64,000 nt of DNA from the NCBI GenBank assembly GCA_947426265.1, contig CANEDJ010000002.1, positions 367 through 64,366 of the forward strand, given 5' to 3'. The position numbers and the translations under genes are program-made. The DNA comes from an uncultured Mycoplasmatota bacterium (GTDB lineage: Bacteria > Bacillota_I > Bacilli_A > RF39 > UBA660). Below, in pieces: positions 1 to 9,782 of the stretch. A model generated the notes under the pieces. That model did not search any database. It saw only the letters and a program-made list of their open reading frames with translations, and was not told the DNA's origin. How positions within the stretch are numbered: position 1 is the stretch's first letter; every line of letters begins with the position of its first letter.

Positions 1-1176
1 GTCAAAAGCTTTGCAGAAAGCGATCATATAGAAAATTACTATTATACATATAACATTTCATTAAATGGCAATAATATTGAAAAAGCTGAAAATGAATTAG
101 AAAATAATGATACCAAAAGACCAAATATGTCAGGTGGAAGATTTAATTTTGGTGAGTCATCTTATGACTTTACTCTAAATGGATATAGTTCATTAGATGC
201 AATGAGTGAGTTTGTAGAAGGAACTTATGAAATGAAGGAGCTTGCTCTAAACGCATGGGATATAGCATTTGATGGCAATTATATTTTCATCAATGAAGAA
301 TTAGCTTCTTATAATAGTTTAAGTCTAAATGATAAAATAAAGTTAGAAGATGAAAGTGGATTAACTTATGAGTTTGAAATTATAGGTATTTACAAAGAAA
401 ATGAATCTAGTTCGGAAAGTCCTATGAGTTTCTTCTCAAATTCAGCGAATACTTTAATCACTAATGCTGATGCTTTGGTGAAAATAACTACTTCAAATGA
501 AAATGTAAAAGGAAGTGTTACACCTACATTTATCATTGATGATTACAAAAATAAAGATAAGGTGCAAGAAAAATTTCATGAAAAAGGACTTGATGAAAAT
601 TACATTCTTGAAACAAATGAAGAATTAGCAAATTCAGGAGTCTCATCCGTTCAAAATGTTAAATCATTTGCTACTACATTTTTAATTATTACATTGCTAA
701 TTGGTGGAATCGTATTATTTATTATTAATATGATTAATATTCGTGAAAGAAAATATGAAATTGGAGTACTTAGAACGATAGGTATTAGTAAAGTAAAACT
801 TACTATGCAATTTGCTTCAGAACTATTGATAGTTGGTTTTGTTACTTTAATGCTTGGAGCAGTAGTAGGTGCCACTATGTCTAAAGGTATTAGTAATTCT
901 CTATTATCTAGTGAAATTAAAGCTTCACAAGATAAGACAGAGAAAATCAATAATAATTTTGGAGGTCCAGGAGGATCTGGTGGTGGAAAAAAAACATTTG
1001 GAAATAAAGGAATGCCTGTTGTTCAAGCATACAACTCTATAGATGCTGTTGTTAGTGTAACAGTGATATTAGAACTATTAGGAATTGGACTAACATTAAT
1101 ATTAATAAGTAGTTTATCATCGATGATAAGTATTCAAAGATTTTCGCCATTAACTATATTGAAAGAGAGGTCATAA
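1..1176 (+). CDS. ABC transporter permease, FtsX/MacB-like (5' end truncated by the window edge)
   Basis: Frame 1 is open from base 1. The C-terminal part has the FtsX-type TM bundle (FATTFLIITLLIGGIVLFIINMINIRERKYEIGVLRTIGISK...). Its stop overlaps the start of the downstream ATPase. Confidence 0.75.
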   Translation, partial: VKSFAESDHIENYYYTYNISLNGNNIEKAENELENNDTKRPNMSGGRFNFGESSYDFTLNGYSSLDAMSEFVEGTYEMKELALNAWDIAFDGNYIFINEELASYNSLSLNDKIKLEDESGLTYEFEIIGIYKENESSSESPMSFFSNSANTLITNADALVKITTSNENVKGSVTPTFIIDDYKNKDKVQEKFHEKGLDENYILETNEELANSGVSSVQNVKSFATTFLIITLLIGGIVLFIINMINIRERKYEIGVLRTIGISKVKLTMQFASELLIVGFVTLMLGAVVGATMSKGISNSLLSSEIKASQDKTEKINNNFGGPGGSGGGKKTFGNKGMPVVQAYNSIDAVVSVTVILELLGIGLTLILISSLSSMISIQRFSPLTILKERS

Positions 1177-1883
1177 TGATGGAAAAGAAAAAAAGTATTA
1201 ATTCAGAAACAAAAATAAATAAGGATAATATATTGCTTTCTATTCAAAACGCAAGTTACCAGTATAGTGATGCAGAAGAAGATGAGTATGCACTAAAGAA
1301 TGTAAGTTATGATTTTGAAAAAGGAAAAGTATATGCTATACGAGGAAGAAGTGGAACAGGAAAAACAACTTTGCTATCTTTAATTAGTGGTTTAGAAAGA
1401 TGTACTGAAGGAAGTATAGTATTTGATGGCAAAGATTTAAAAGATATAAATTTAGATTATTATCGTAATCATGAAATTGGTATAGTTTTTCAAAGTTATA
1501 ATTTACTGCCATTTATGACTGCAAGTGAGAATATTATTCTATCAATGGATGTTAGTGGAATAAAAATAGGAAATAAAAAAGAAGAAGCAATTAAACTTAT
1601 GAAAAGCGTTGGTTTAAAAGAGACATATGCTAATCGTAAAGTTTTAAGAATATCGGGAGGGGAACAACAAAGAGTTGCAATAGCTAGAAGTCTTGCCTAT
1701 AATCCTAAAATGATTGTTGCTGATGAACCAACAGGAAATCTTGATAAGCAAACCGAAAAAGAAATTTTAGAAATATTTAAGAAATTAGCTCATGAAGATG
1801 GAAAGTGTATAATAATTGTTACTCACTCTCCTAATGTTTGTGAGTCTGTGGATCAAGTTTATGATTTAAAAAAGATTAAATAA
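1176..1883 (+). CDS. ABC transporter ATP-binding protein (MacB/LolD-type)
   Basis: Walker A GRSGTGKTT, ABC signature LSGGEQQRVAIARSL, Walker B IVADEPTGNLD. Start overlaps the permease stop (ATGATGG). Confidence 0.9.
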   Translation: MMEKKKSINSETKINKDNILLSIQNASYQYSDAEEDEYALKNVSYDFEKGKVYAIRGRSGTGKTTLLSLISGLERCTEGSIVFDGKDLKDINLDYYRNHEIGIVFQSYNLLPFMTASENIILSMDVSGIKIGNKKEEAIKLMKSVGLKETYANRKVLRISGGEQQRVAIARSLAYNPKMIVADEPTGNLDKQTEKEILEIFKKLAHEDGKCIIIVTHSPNVCESVDQVYDLKKIK

Positions 1884-1991
1884 GAGAAAGGAGATAAAAT
1901 TACAATTGATCTTAAAGATTAAAACTATTAGGAACAAAACTCTAAAAAAGGGTACATTTGATTAGTCAAATCAAATTTAGTCCATTCGGTA

Positions 1992-2036
1992 GCATCTGAT
2001 TTCACAATTAAGTGATTTCAGATGCTTTTGCTATTT
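1992..2036 (+). terminator. Probable rho-independent terminator after the ABC operon
   Basis: Inverted repeat GCATCTGA...TCAGATGC followed by TTTTGCTATTT. Confidence 0.4.
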
Positions 2037-2289
2037 GAGGAGTAATATTATAAAAATAGAGAACTGGATGCTAGTAGATTTTATTTTTTCATGTATTACC
2101 TATAGAAAAGCTTTCTATAGCAAAAGAGAGAAAAGTCTGGCGACAAACCCATGATTATAATGTTATTTTCAAAGAAGCAGATTATGAAACACTATTAAAA
2201 AGAAAAAGACCAGAATTTGTGAAAAAGAAGCAGGTTTGATTTGAAAAAAATATAGAATTATGCTATAATTTAAAACAGGAGGGGATTTT

Positions 2290-2754
2290 ATGAAAAAAAC
2301 AGTAGCAATTTTATCTCTTTGTATTTGTGTAGGAATTCTTACAGGATGTGGAGAGAAAAAGAAAGAGGAAACTAAAGTAGTAGAATGTACACAAACACAA
2401 ACATTATCTACTTATGAAATTAAATCAAATTTTAAAATAACTGCAAAAGGAGAAGTTGTTGAAAAAGTAGAAGCAAATGAAACATACACTTCAGAAGATA
2501 CTTCTATTGTAGACCAATTGGAACAAACTCTAAATTTGCAATATGAAAATTTAAATAGTTCATATGGTGGATATACACATAAAGTGACAAAAGGAGAAAA
2601 AGAAGTATCAGCTTCTGTAACAATTGATTATAGTAAATTTGATTCTAAAAAATTTGCAACTGATAAGAAATTAGAAAGCTATATCAAAGATGGCCGTTTA
2701 ACTTTAGATGGTGTTGTAAAACGCTATGAATTAAATGGAGCAACATGTAAATAA
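2290..2754 (+). CDS. Small lipoprotein (possibly YehR/DUF1307-like), paralog 1
   Basis: Signal peptide plus lipobox LTGCG. Own extended -10 (ATGCTATAAT) and RBS AGGAGG. Ends ...NGATCK like its neighbour. Confidence 0.65.
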   Translation: MKKTVAILSLCICVGILTGCGEKKKEETKVVECTQTQTLSTYEIKSNFKITAKGEVVEKVEANETYTSEDTSIVDQLEQTLNLQYENLNSSYGGYTHKVTKGEKEVSASVTIDYSKFDSKKFATDKKLESYIKDGRLTLDGVVKRYELNGATCK

Positions 2755-2775
2755 CTCGAAAGAGTTATTTTTTGT
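2750..2775 (+). terminator. Rho-independent terminator
   Basis: AATAACTC-GAAA-GAGTTATT followed by TTTTTT. Confidence 0.7.
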
Positions 2776-2843
2776 TATCGACGCAAAAAGAGTGAAATTC
2801 TTGTGAAAAAGTGCTATAATGAATAATGAGGAGGAAAGATAAG

Positions 2844-3302
2844 ATGAAAAAAATGATATCTGTTTTATTACTTTGTGTTTGTATTGGAATTGTATCAGGA
2901 TGTGGTGCAAAAAAGAAGACTGTTGAGTGTACAGTAACTCAAACTTTATCAAATTATAAGTTGAATGCAACTTACAAAATTTATGCAACAGGTGATGTAG
3001 TGGATAAAGTGGAAACTGTAGAAGTTGTAGAATCTTCTGATACATCTATCTTAAAACAATTAGAAACACAAGTAACCACACAATATGAAGACAATAATAA
3101 AAAATATGGTGGAACAGATTACAAAATTACAAATAATGGTTCTAAGCTTGAAAGCAAGGTAACGATTGATTATAGTAAGTTTGATATGGAAAAAATGGTA
3201 AGTGATAATAGTGCTATGAAAAGTTTAGTAAATAAGAAAAATCGCTTAACAGTAAAAGGAGCAACCTCTCTTTATGAGACTATGGGAGCAACATGTAAAT
3301 AA
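2844..3302 (+). CDS. Small lipoprotein, paralog 2 (tandem duplicate)
   Basis: MKKMISVLLLCVCIGIVSGCG lipobox. Shares the TIDYSKFD and NGATCK blocks with paralog 1. RBS GAGGAGG lies 8 nt upstream of the ATG at 2844, so the ORF-track start at 2826 is probably too long. Confidence 0.65.
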   Translation: MKKMISVLLLCVCIGIVSGCGAKKKTVECTVTQTLSNYKLNATYKIYATGDVVDKVETVEVVESSDTSILKQLETQVTTQYEDNNKKYGGTDYKITNNGSKLESKVTIDYSKFDMEKMVSDNSAMKSLVNKKNRLTVKGATSLYETMGATCK

Positions 3303-3322
3303 CTCTTTTTGAGTTATTTTCT
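3298..3322 (+). terminator. Rho-independent terminator (near-identical copy of the one at 2750)
   Basis: AATAACTC-TTTTT-GAGTTATT followed by TTTC. Duplicated together with the gene. Confidence 0.65.
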
Positions 3323-3400
3323 TTATATCTAAATCATATTCTTAAGTGAAACTTAACAAATGAAGAGAAACATGATATAATTTTTTAGGAAGGTGAAAAC

Positions 3401-4732
3401 ATGTTTGAAAATAAAAAAGTGTATATCATGGGAATGGCAAGAAGCGGATATGAAGCAGCCAAACTTTTAGCGCCATTTCATAATGATATCTTAATAACAG
3501 ATGGAAAAGAGCAAGATCGAGCTCAAGTAGAAGAATTAGAAAAATTAGGTGTTAAAATCGTAATTACAGATAAACAGGAAGACTATTTAGATGAAACATT
3601 TGATCTTGTTATAAAAAATCCAGGCATTCGATTTGATACTCCTTGTATAAAAAAGGCAGAAGAACTTGGAATTAAAATTATAAATGAGGTAGAATTAGCT
3701 TATCATTTTTTACCAAAAAATACTCACATTGTAGCAGTTACAGGTTCTAATGGAAAAACAACAACAACAACCTTAATTTATGAGTTCTTAAAAGAAATGA
3801 AAGCCCCAGTTCATTTGGGTGGAAACATTGGATTTCCAATGTGTTCTTTAATTAAAAATGTAAAAGAAGGAGATTATATTGTACTTGAAATTTCAGCACA
3901 ACAGCTTCATGATATGTATGATTTTAAAACAGAAGTTTCTGTGTTAACCAATTTGACTCCAGTACATATTGATTTTTTTGGAAACTACGAATACTATCAG
4001 GAAATGAAGAAAAAAATATTTATGAATCATACATTATCAGATATAGCAATTATTAATTTAGATGATGAAACAGAAATCGCTTTAACAAATGATATTAAAT
4101 CAAACAAAACATATTTCTCAATAAAAAAAAGCGCGACAGCTTATTATAAAGATGGGGCTATATATTATGGAGATGAAAAAATTATAGATACAAATGATAT
4201 TCGAATTCAAGGAAAACACAACTATCAAAATATCATGTGTGCTATCATTGCTACAAAACGTTTTGGAATTCCAAATGATGTTATTAGAACGGTTCTTTCT
4301 CGTTTTGCAGGAGTAGAACATAGACTAGAATTTGTAGCGAAAATAAAGGGAAGAGAATTTTATAATGACTCAAAAGCAACAAATGTGAAATCAACAGAAA
4401 TCGCTTTAGGGTCTTTTGACAAAGCTATGATTTTATTATTAGGCGGACTAGATAGAGGACATTCTTTTGAAGACCTAAAAGATGATATGCGATATGTAAA
4501 ACATGTAGTTTGTTATGGAGAAACAAAAAATAGAATTAAAGAATTTTGTGAATCCATGAATAAAGATGTAACAGTAGTTGATACGTTAAAAGAGGCTACT
4601 AAGGTTGCATATAATTTATCAGAAGAAGGAGAAGTAATTCTATTATCTCCAGCTTGTGCTTCTTGGGACCAATATGAATCATTTGAAAAGCGTGGGGAAG
4701 ACTTTAAGCAAGCAGTAGAAGCGTTAAAGTAA
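3401..4732 (+). CDS. murD: UDP-N-acetylmuramoylalanine--D-glutamate ligase
   Basis: N-terminus MFENKKVYIMGMARSGYEAAKLL and P-loop VAVTGSNGKTTTTTLI, both typical of MurD. Length 443 aa. Confidence 0.9.
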   Translation: MFENKKVYIMGMARSGYEAAKLLAPFHNDILITDGKEQDRAQVEELEKLGVKIVITDKQEDYLDETFDLVIKNPGIRFDTPCIKKAEELGIKIINEVELAYHFLPKNTHIVAVTGSNGKTTTTTLIYEFLKEMKAPVHLGGNIGFPMCSLIKNVKEGDYIVLEISAQQLHDMYDFKTEVSVLTNLTPVHIDFFGNYEYYQEMKKKIFMNHTLSDIAIINLDDETEIALTNDIKSNKTYFSIKKSATAYYKDGAIYYGDEKIIDTNDIRIQGKHNYQNIMCAIIATKRFGIPNDVIRTVLSRFAGVEHRLEFVAKIKGREFYNDSKATNVKSTEIALGSFDKAMILLLGGLDRGHSFEDLKDDMRYVKHVVCYGETKNRIKEFCESMNKDVTVVDTLKEATKVAYNLSEEGEVILLSPACASWDQYESFEKRGEDFKQAVEALK

Positions 4733-4740
4733 GTGAATTT

Positions 4741-4766
4741 TATTCACTTATTTTTTAAAGTTTGTG
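4741..4766 (+). terminator. Rho-independent terminator after murD
   Basis: AAGTGAAT-TTT-ATTCACTT followed by ATTTTTT. Confidence 0.6.
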
Positions 4767-4807
4767 CTATAATGAATAAGGATAGATAATTAGGAAAGGA
4801 TGATACA

Positions 4808-6037
4808 ATGTCAAAAATTAAAGATGTTATAGGAAGAGAAATTTTAGATTCAAGAGGAAATCCTACTGTAGAAGTAGATGTCATTCTTGAAAGTGGAATT
4901 ATTGGAAGGGCTGCTGTTCCAAGTGGAGCATCAACTGGGGAAAGAGAGGCTTTAGAATTACGTGATGGTGGAACTCGTTATATGGGAAAAGGAGTTTTAA
5001 AAGCTGTTAGTAATGTCAATGGAGCTCTTAGAGATTTGGTGCTTGGAATGGATGTTTTAGATCAAAAAGCATTAGATTATAAAATGATAGAAGCAGATGC
5101 AACTGAAACAAAATCAAAATATGGAGCCAATGCAATTTTAGGAATTTCTATGGCCGCATTAAAAGCAGCTGCTTTATATGAAGAAAAACCTCTTTATGAA
5201 TATGTTGGAGGAGGTATGAAATTACCTGTTCCAATGATGAATATTATTAATGGTGGAGCTCATGCTGATAATAAATTAGATTTTCAAGAATTTATGATTA
5301 TACCACAAGCAGATACCATTCATGAAAGAGTTCAGATTGGAGCAGAAGTATTTCACAATTTAAAAAAAGTATTGAATGAAAAGGGACTTGCAACAGGAGT
5401 AGGAGATGAAGGAGGATTCGCACCTGATTTAAATAGCAATCAAGAAGGTTTTGAACTCATCATGGAGGCAGTCAAAAAAGCAGGCTATACATCAGATGAT
5501 GTTAAGCTAGCAATTGATGTGGCTGCTAGTGAATTTTATAAAGATGGAAAATATGAATTAGTTGGAGAAGGAAGAAGTTTAACAACAGAAGAACTCGTTA
5601 CATACTATGAAGATTTAATTTCAAAATATCCAATTATTTCAATAGAAGATCCAGTCGATGAAAATGATTGGGAAGGATTTACATTGATTACAGAGCGATT
5701 AGGAGATAAAATACAACTTGTTGGAGATGACTTATTTGTTACAAATAAAAAGTGTCTACAAATGGGAATTGACAAACATGCTGGAAATGCAATTTTGTTA
5801 AAAGTAAATCAAATAGGGACTATTACAGAGACAATCGAAACTATTGAATTAGCAAGAGAACATGGATATGCAACAATTATTTCTCATAGAAGTGGAGAAA
5901 CAGAAGATACTACTATTGCAGATTTGGCAGTTGGTCTTAATCTTGGCCAAATTAAAACAGGTTCTATGTCTAGAACAGATAGAATTTGTAAATATAATCA
6001 ATTAATGAGAATCGAAGAAGAAATTGCAAGAGACTAA
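4808..6037 (+). CDS. eno: Enolase (phosphopyruvate hydratase)
   Basis: [33 protein letters not shown] and [12 protein letters not shown] motifs. Preceded by TGCTATAAT and a GGAAAGGA RBS. Confidence 0.95.
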   Translation: MSKIKDVIGREILDSRGNPTVEVDVILESGIIGRAAVPSGASTGEREALELRDGGTRYMGKGVLKAVSNVNGALRDLVLGMDVLDQKALDYKMIEADATETKSKYGANAILGISMAALKAAALYEEKPLYEYVGGGMKLPVPMMNIINGGAHADNKLDFQEFMIIPQADTIHERVQIGAEVFHNLKKVLNEKGLATGVGDEGGFAPDLNSNQEGFELIMEAVKKAGYTSDDVKLAIDVAASEFYKDGKYELVGEGRSLTTEELVTYYEDLISKYPIISIEDPVDENDWEGFTLITERLGDKIQLVGDDLFVTNKKCLQMGIDKHAGNAILLKVNQIGTITETIETIELAREHGYATIISHRSGETEDTTIADLAVGLNLGQIKTGSMSRTDRICKYNQLMRIEEEIARD

Positions 6038-6090
6038 CGTTTCTTGCTTTTTTTAATGGTTATGTTATGATAATAAAAGGAAGTGATGAA

Positions 6091-6717
6091 ATGTTATTAT
6101 TAAACGTTCCTTATGAGGAAAAAGAGGAAGCTAAAAAATTAGGTGCAAAATGGAATCCAGAAATTAAAAAATGGTATGTTACAAATCCTAAAACATATGG
6201 AAATTTTTTGAAATGGATAGAAGGTGGGGAAGTTTCTTATATTTTGTGCGATGAACTATATTTGGTAGAAGGGAAAACACAATGTTATTGCTGTAAACAA
6301 CAAATCCCAGTGATTGGATATGGGATCAAAAAGATGGTAACTTTATATGAGGATGATATAGAGTTCATAGATGGAACCATTCATATTGGAAGTATAATAG
6401 ACCCAATTCCAAAAGCACTATTAAAATATATTCAAAAACATTATAATTATAAAATGAGATATTCAAAAACAATAGGTGATAAATATTTGGCGAATGGTTG
6501 TCCAAATTGTGATTCTTTACAAGGAAATTTCTTTCTTTTTCAAGAAGTAGGTTCTCCGTTTTTTATCGATTCAGATGAAACAGCATCCAATTTAACGCTT
6601 TATAAAATAAAATTGCCATATGATTTGGTATTAAGAAATGTCGAAGTTGGATATGGAAGTGAAGATGACAGAATTGAAAAATGCGCAAAAATAATATCGT
6701 TAGATATCCGTTTATAA
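6091..6717 (+). CDS. DUF5710-like N-terminal domain protein with a C-terminal Cys-rich (zinc-ribbon-like) region
   Basis: N-terminus LNVPYEEKEEAKKLGAKWNPEIKKWYV resembles the DUF5710 module seen on primase/topoisomerase-associated proteins. C-terminal cysteines: CYCCKQQ...CPNCDS. RBS AAAGGAAG is upstream of the internal ATG at 6091. Confidence 0.45.
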   Translation: MLLLNVPYEEKEEAKKLGAKWNPEIKKWYVTNPKTYGNFLKWIEGGEVSYILCDELYLVEGKTQCYCCKQQIPVIGYGIKKMVTLYEDDIEFIDGTIHIGSIIDPIPKALLKYIQKHYNYKMRYSKTIGDKYLANGCPNCDSLQGNFFLFQEVGSPFFIDSDETASNLTLYKIKLPYDLVLRNVEVGYGSEDDRIEKCAKIISLDIRL

Positions 6718-6811
6718 AATTTCTTGTAAAATTTATGTAAATCCTATGAATTTTATTTAGATTTTTGCCGATTTTTAGTATAATGGATATAGTGAGTCTA
6801 GGAGGTATATC

Positions 6812-9040
6812 ATGGCAAAAAAGAAGAAAAGAAAAGAAGAAAAGAAAAAGAGTACTGGATATAGTACAGAACTAGTAGGCTTATTATTTATTATTACTGC
6901 AATTATTGGGTTTTGTGCTTATGGTCCATTAGGTGCTTTGATTCGTTCCTTTTTTATATTTGTATTTGGAGCTTGGTATGGACTTCTTTTTTTAGCTCTT
7001 TTCATAGTAGGCGTTTATATGATCGTAAAACGAAGCAAACCAAATTTTTTCACTTCAAAACTTTTTGGACTTTATATAATCATTATTGGAATTTTGATGA
7101 TGGCTCATACTAGTTATTTATCACAAAATGATTTAAAAGGATTTGATGTAGTAACCGAAACGATCACTAACTTTTTAGATGCAACAACGAAAGTTAGAAG
7201 TGCTCAAGGCGGAGGAATTATTGGTGCCATATTTTCTTTAATTTCTGTAAACTTGGTTGACTTAAAAGGGACTACAATTGTTGTATGGACTATGATTATA
7301 TGTGGAACTGTAATGTTTACTGGCGTTTCTATTTGGGATTTTGTACAGGCTTGTAAGAAAAAATCTGAAACTTTAGTTGCTCATAATCAAGAGAGAAAAG
7401 AAAAACTTCGACTTGAAAAATTAGAAAAGAAAACAGCAAAAGAAACTGAACCAGAAGTAGTAGAAGAAGAGGACAATAAAATTGTTGTTTCTAGTGTTGA
7501 TGAACTCATTCATGTAGCAGAACCAAAAGAAGAAGTTCCAACAGTCACTCCAGAAATTCCTGTAAATGATGGAGAAGATTTTGTGGTAAATGAAAGTTAT
7601 AAATATCCTCCAATGAATTTACTTGCAAAGCCTCAAAGAGGAAATAACAAAGAAAATCAGAATGCAATTAAAGATAATGTGGTTGCATTAGAACAAGTAT
7701 TAAAAGATTTTGGAATAGAAGGAAAAACGGTAGCAGCCAACATCGGGCCTGCAGTAACTCAGTATGAATTAGAAATCAAAGCTGGAACGAAAGTGAGCAA
7801 AATCTTAAGTATTCATAGAGAAATAGCTCTTGCCTTAGCAGCTAAGGAAGTGCGTATTGAAGCTCCGATTCCAGGGAAAAAAACAATTGGAGTAGAAATT
7901 CCAAACATCAAATCAATTCCAGTATGTGTAAGAGAAGTTTTAGAATCCGTTCCAAGCAATATGGAAAAAAGCAAACTATTAGCTGTACTTGGAAGAGATA
8001 TCATGGGAAAACCACAATGGATGGAAATCAATAAAACACCACATCTTTTGGTTGCAGGTTCAACAGGAAGTGGTAAATCAGTTTGTATCAATAGTTTGCT
8101 TGTTTCTATGTTAATGAGAAGCAAACCAGATGAAGTGAAACTGATTTTAGTAGACCCTAAAAAGGTAGAACTTTCTATGTATAATGGGGTTCCACACCTT
8201 TTAGCACCCGTTGTAACAGATGCCAAAAAAGCTAATATTGTTCTAAAAAAAATGGTTGTAGAAATGGAAAGACGTTATGAAGCCTTTGAGCAATCAGGAA
8301 CCAAAAATATTGCAGGTTATAATGATTATGTAGATAAAAAAAATGAAGGGATTCCAGAACGTGATCAACTTCGAAAAATGCCTTATATTGTTGTAATTAT
8401 CGATGAACTTGCAGACTTGATGCTAGTAGCTGCAAAAGAAGTAGAAGATTCTATTATGCGTATTACGCAAATGGCACGTGCAGCAGGAATTCATTTGATT
8501 GTAGCAACTCAAAGACCATCAACAGATGTCATTACTGGAGTTGTAAAAGCCAACATCCCATCTAGAATATCTTTTGCTGTATCAAGTAGCATTGATTCAC
8601 GTACAATTTTGGATATGACAGGAGCAGAAAAGCTTCTTGGAAAAGGAGATATGTTATTTAAGCCACAAGGAGAAAACATTCCAATTCGTATTCAAGGAAC
8701 ATTTATATCAGATGAGGAAATCAAAGCAGTAGTAGATTATGTCTGTGCCCAACAAAAAGCACGTTATGATGAAACTTTAACTATGGATGAAGAGGAAAAA
8801 GGAGCTACCACTATGGTGGAAGATGGTGACGAAGATGAACCACTTTATAATGATATTGTAGAATTTGTAGTGACTTCAGGAAAAGCAAGTGCCTCTTTAT
8901 TACAACGCCGTTTTAGACTAGGTTATAATCGGGCTGCAAGATGCATTGACTTATTAGAAGAACGTGGTATCATAGGGCCAGCTAATGGATCAAAACCAAG
9001 AGAAGTCTTGGTAAAAATAGAAGGAAATGAAGAGGAATAG
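6812..9040 (+). CDS. ftsK: DNA translocase FtsK/SpoIIIE
   Basis: N-terminal TM domain, Walker A GSTGSGKS, and a C-terminal gamma winged-helix (LLQRRFRLGYNRAARCIDLLEERGIIGP). Confidence 0.9.
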   Translation: MAKKKKRKEEKKKSTGYSTELVGLLFIITAIIGFCAYGPLGALIRSFFIFVFGAWYGLLFLALFIVGVYMIVKRSKPNFFTSKLFGLYIIIIGILMMAHTSYLSQNDLKGFDVVTETITNFLDATTKVRSAQGGGIIGAIFSLISVNLVDLKGTTIVVWTMIICGTVMFTGVSIWDFVQACKKKSETLVAHNQERKEKLRLEKLEKKTAKETEPEVVEEEDNKIVVSSVDELIHVAEPKEEVPTVTPEIPVNDGEDFVVNESYKYPPMNLLAKPQRGNNKENQNAIKDNVVALEQVLKDFGIEGKTVAANIGPAVTQYELEIKAGTKVSKILSIHREIALALAAKEVRIEAPIPGKKTIGVEIPNIKSIPVCVREVLESVPSNMEKSKLLAVLGRDIMGKPQWMEINKTPHLLVAGSTGSGKSVCINSLLVSMLMRSKPDEVKLILVDPKKVELSMYNGVPHLLAPVVTDAKKANIVLKKMVVEMERRYEAFEQSGTKNIAGYNDYVDKKNEGIPERDQLRKMPYIVVIIDELADLMLVAAKEVEDSIMRITQMARAAGIHLIVATQRPSTDVITGVVKANIPSRISFAVSSSIDSRTILDMTGAEKLLGKGDMLFKPQGENIPIRIQGTFISDEEIKAVVDYVCAQQKARYDETLTMDEEEKGATTMVEDGDEDEPLYNDIVEFVVTSGKASASLLQRRFRLGYNRAARCIDLLEERGIIGPANGSKPREVLVKIEGNEEE

Positions 9041-9073
9041 GAAGTTTATCACTTCCTATTTATAGGTGATTGT

Positions 9074-9778
9074 ATGCAACGATATTTTGGAAAAGAAAAA
9101 AAGGAAAATAATATGATATTAGAACCAGGAGATATGCATCATATCAAAAAAGTGATGCGTATGAAAGATGGTGACGAAATAGAAGTTGTAGTTGATGGAA
9201 AACTTTATTTGTGTAATTTAAAAAACAATTTAGAGACTATTGTTATAAAAAAAGAATTAGAAATTCCGAAAGATTTTATGAAATATATTACTTTGGTGAT
9301 CCCAGTTTTGAAAGAACAAAAAATGGATTTGATTTTACAAAAAGCAACAGAATTAGGGGTAACAGAAATTATTCCTGTTTCAATGAAACGGTCAATGGTA
9401 AAAATTGGAGAAAAAGAAGAAAAGAAATTAGAGCGATGGAACAAAATTATGAAGGAAGCCAGTGAACAATCGATGAGAAATTGTATTCCAAAACTTCAGT
9501 CAGTTACTACATTTGCTGAAATTACAAAATTAGAAGGGCTTAAAATAATTTGTAGTACAAGAGAAAAAGAAAATACTTTCAAAAAGCTTTTGCAAACATC
9601 GACAAATTATGATAAACTGATTATAGTGATTGGACCAGAAGGTGGACTCGATATAGAAGAAGAAAAACTTTTAGAAAAGTATAATTTTATTCCTGTCACA
9701 TTAGGGCCTAGAATTATGAGAGTTGAAACAGTTCCAATTTATGTATTGAGTGTATTAAACTATGAATATATGGAGTGA
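9074..9778 (+). CDS. rsmE: 16S rRNA (uracil1498-N3)-methyltransferase
   Basis: MQRYF N-terminus typical of RsmE. C-terminal SPOUT-type block GPEGGLDIEEEKLLEKYNFIPVTLGPRIMRVETVP. Confidence 0.75.
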   Translation: MQRYFGKEKKENNMILEPGDMHHIKKVMRMKDGDEIEVVVDGKLYLCNLKNNLETIVIKKELEIPKDFMKYITLVIPVLKEQKMDLILQKATELGVTEIIPVSMKRSMVKIGEKEEKKLERWNKIMKEASEQSMRNCIPKLQSVTTFAEITKLEGLKIICSTREKENTFKKLLQTSTNYDKLIIVIGPEGGLDIEEEKLLEKYNFIPVTLGPRIMRVETVPIYVLSVLNYEYME

Positions 9779-9782
9779 TTCT

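Noticed and set aside
651-950. Minus-strand 99-aa ORF inside the FtsX permease gene, and the similar antisense ORFs at 4118-4321, 7813-8226, 9205-9444, 10594-10815, 18584-19132 (+ inside the minus-strand PASTA gene), 21235-21492, 25531-25758, 29479-29724, 41334-41573, 42366-42638, 45555-45824, 47819-48028, 52750-53043, 54798-55013, 58516-58764, 62269-62844
   Set aside because: All are embedded antisense to, or out of frame within, well-supported CDSs. They have low-complexity composition and lack RBSs.
2076-2240. Stop-free ~53-codon frame in the spacer after the ABC operon (…KERKVWRQTHDYNVIFKEADYETLLKRKRPEF…), as a possible gene remnant
   Set aside because: It has no start codon, no RBS, and no recognisable family. 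The evidence is insufficient to call a pseudogene.
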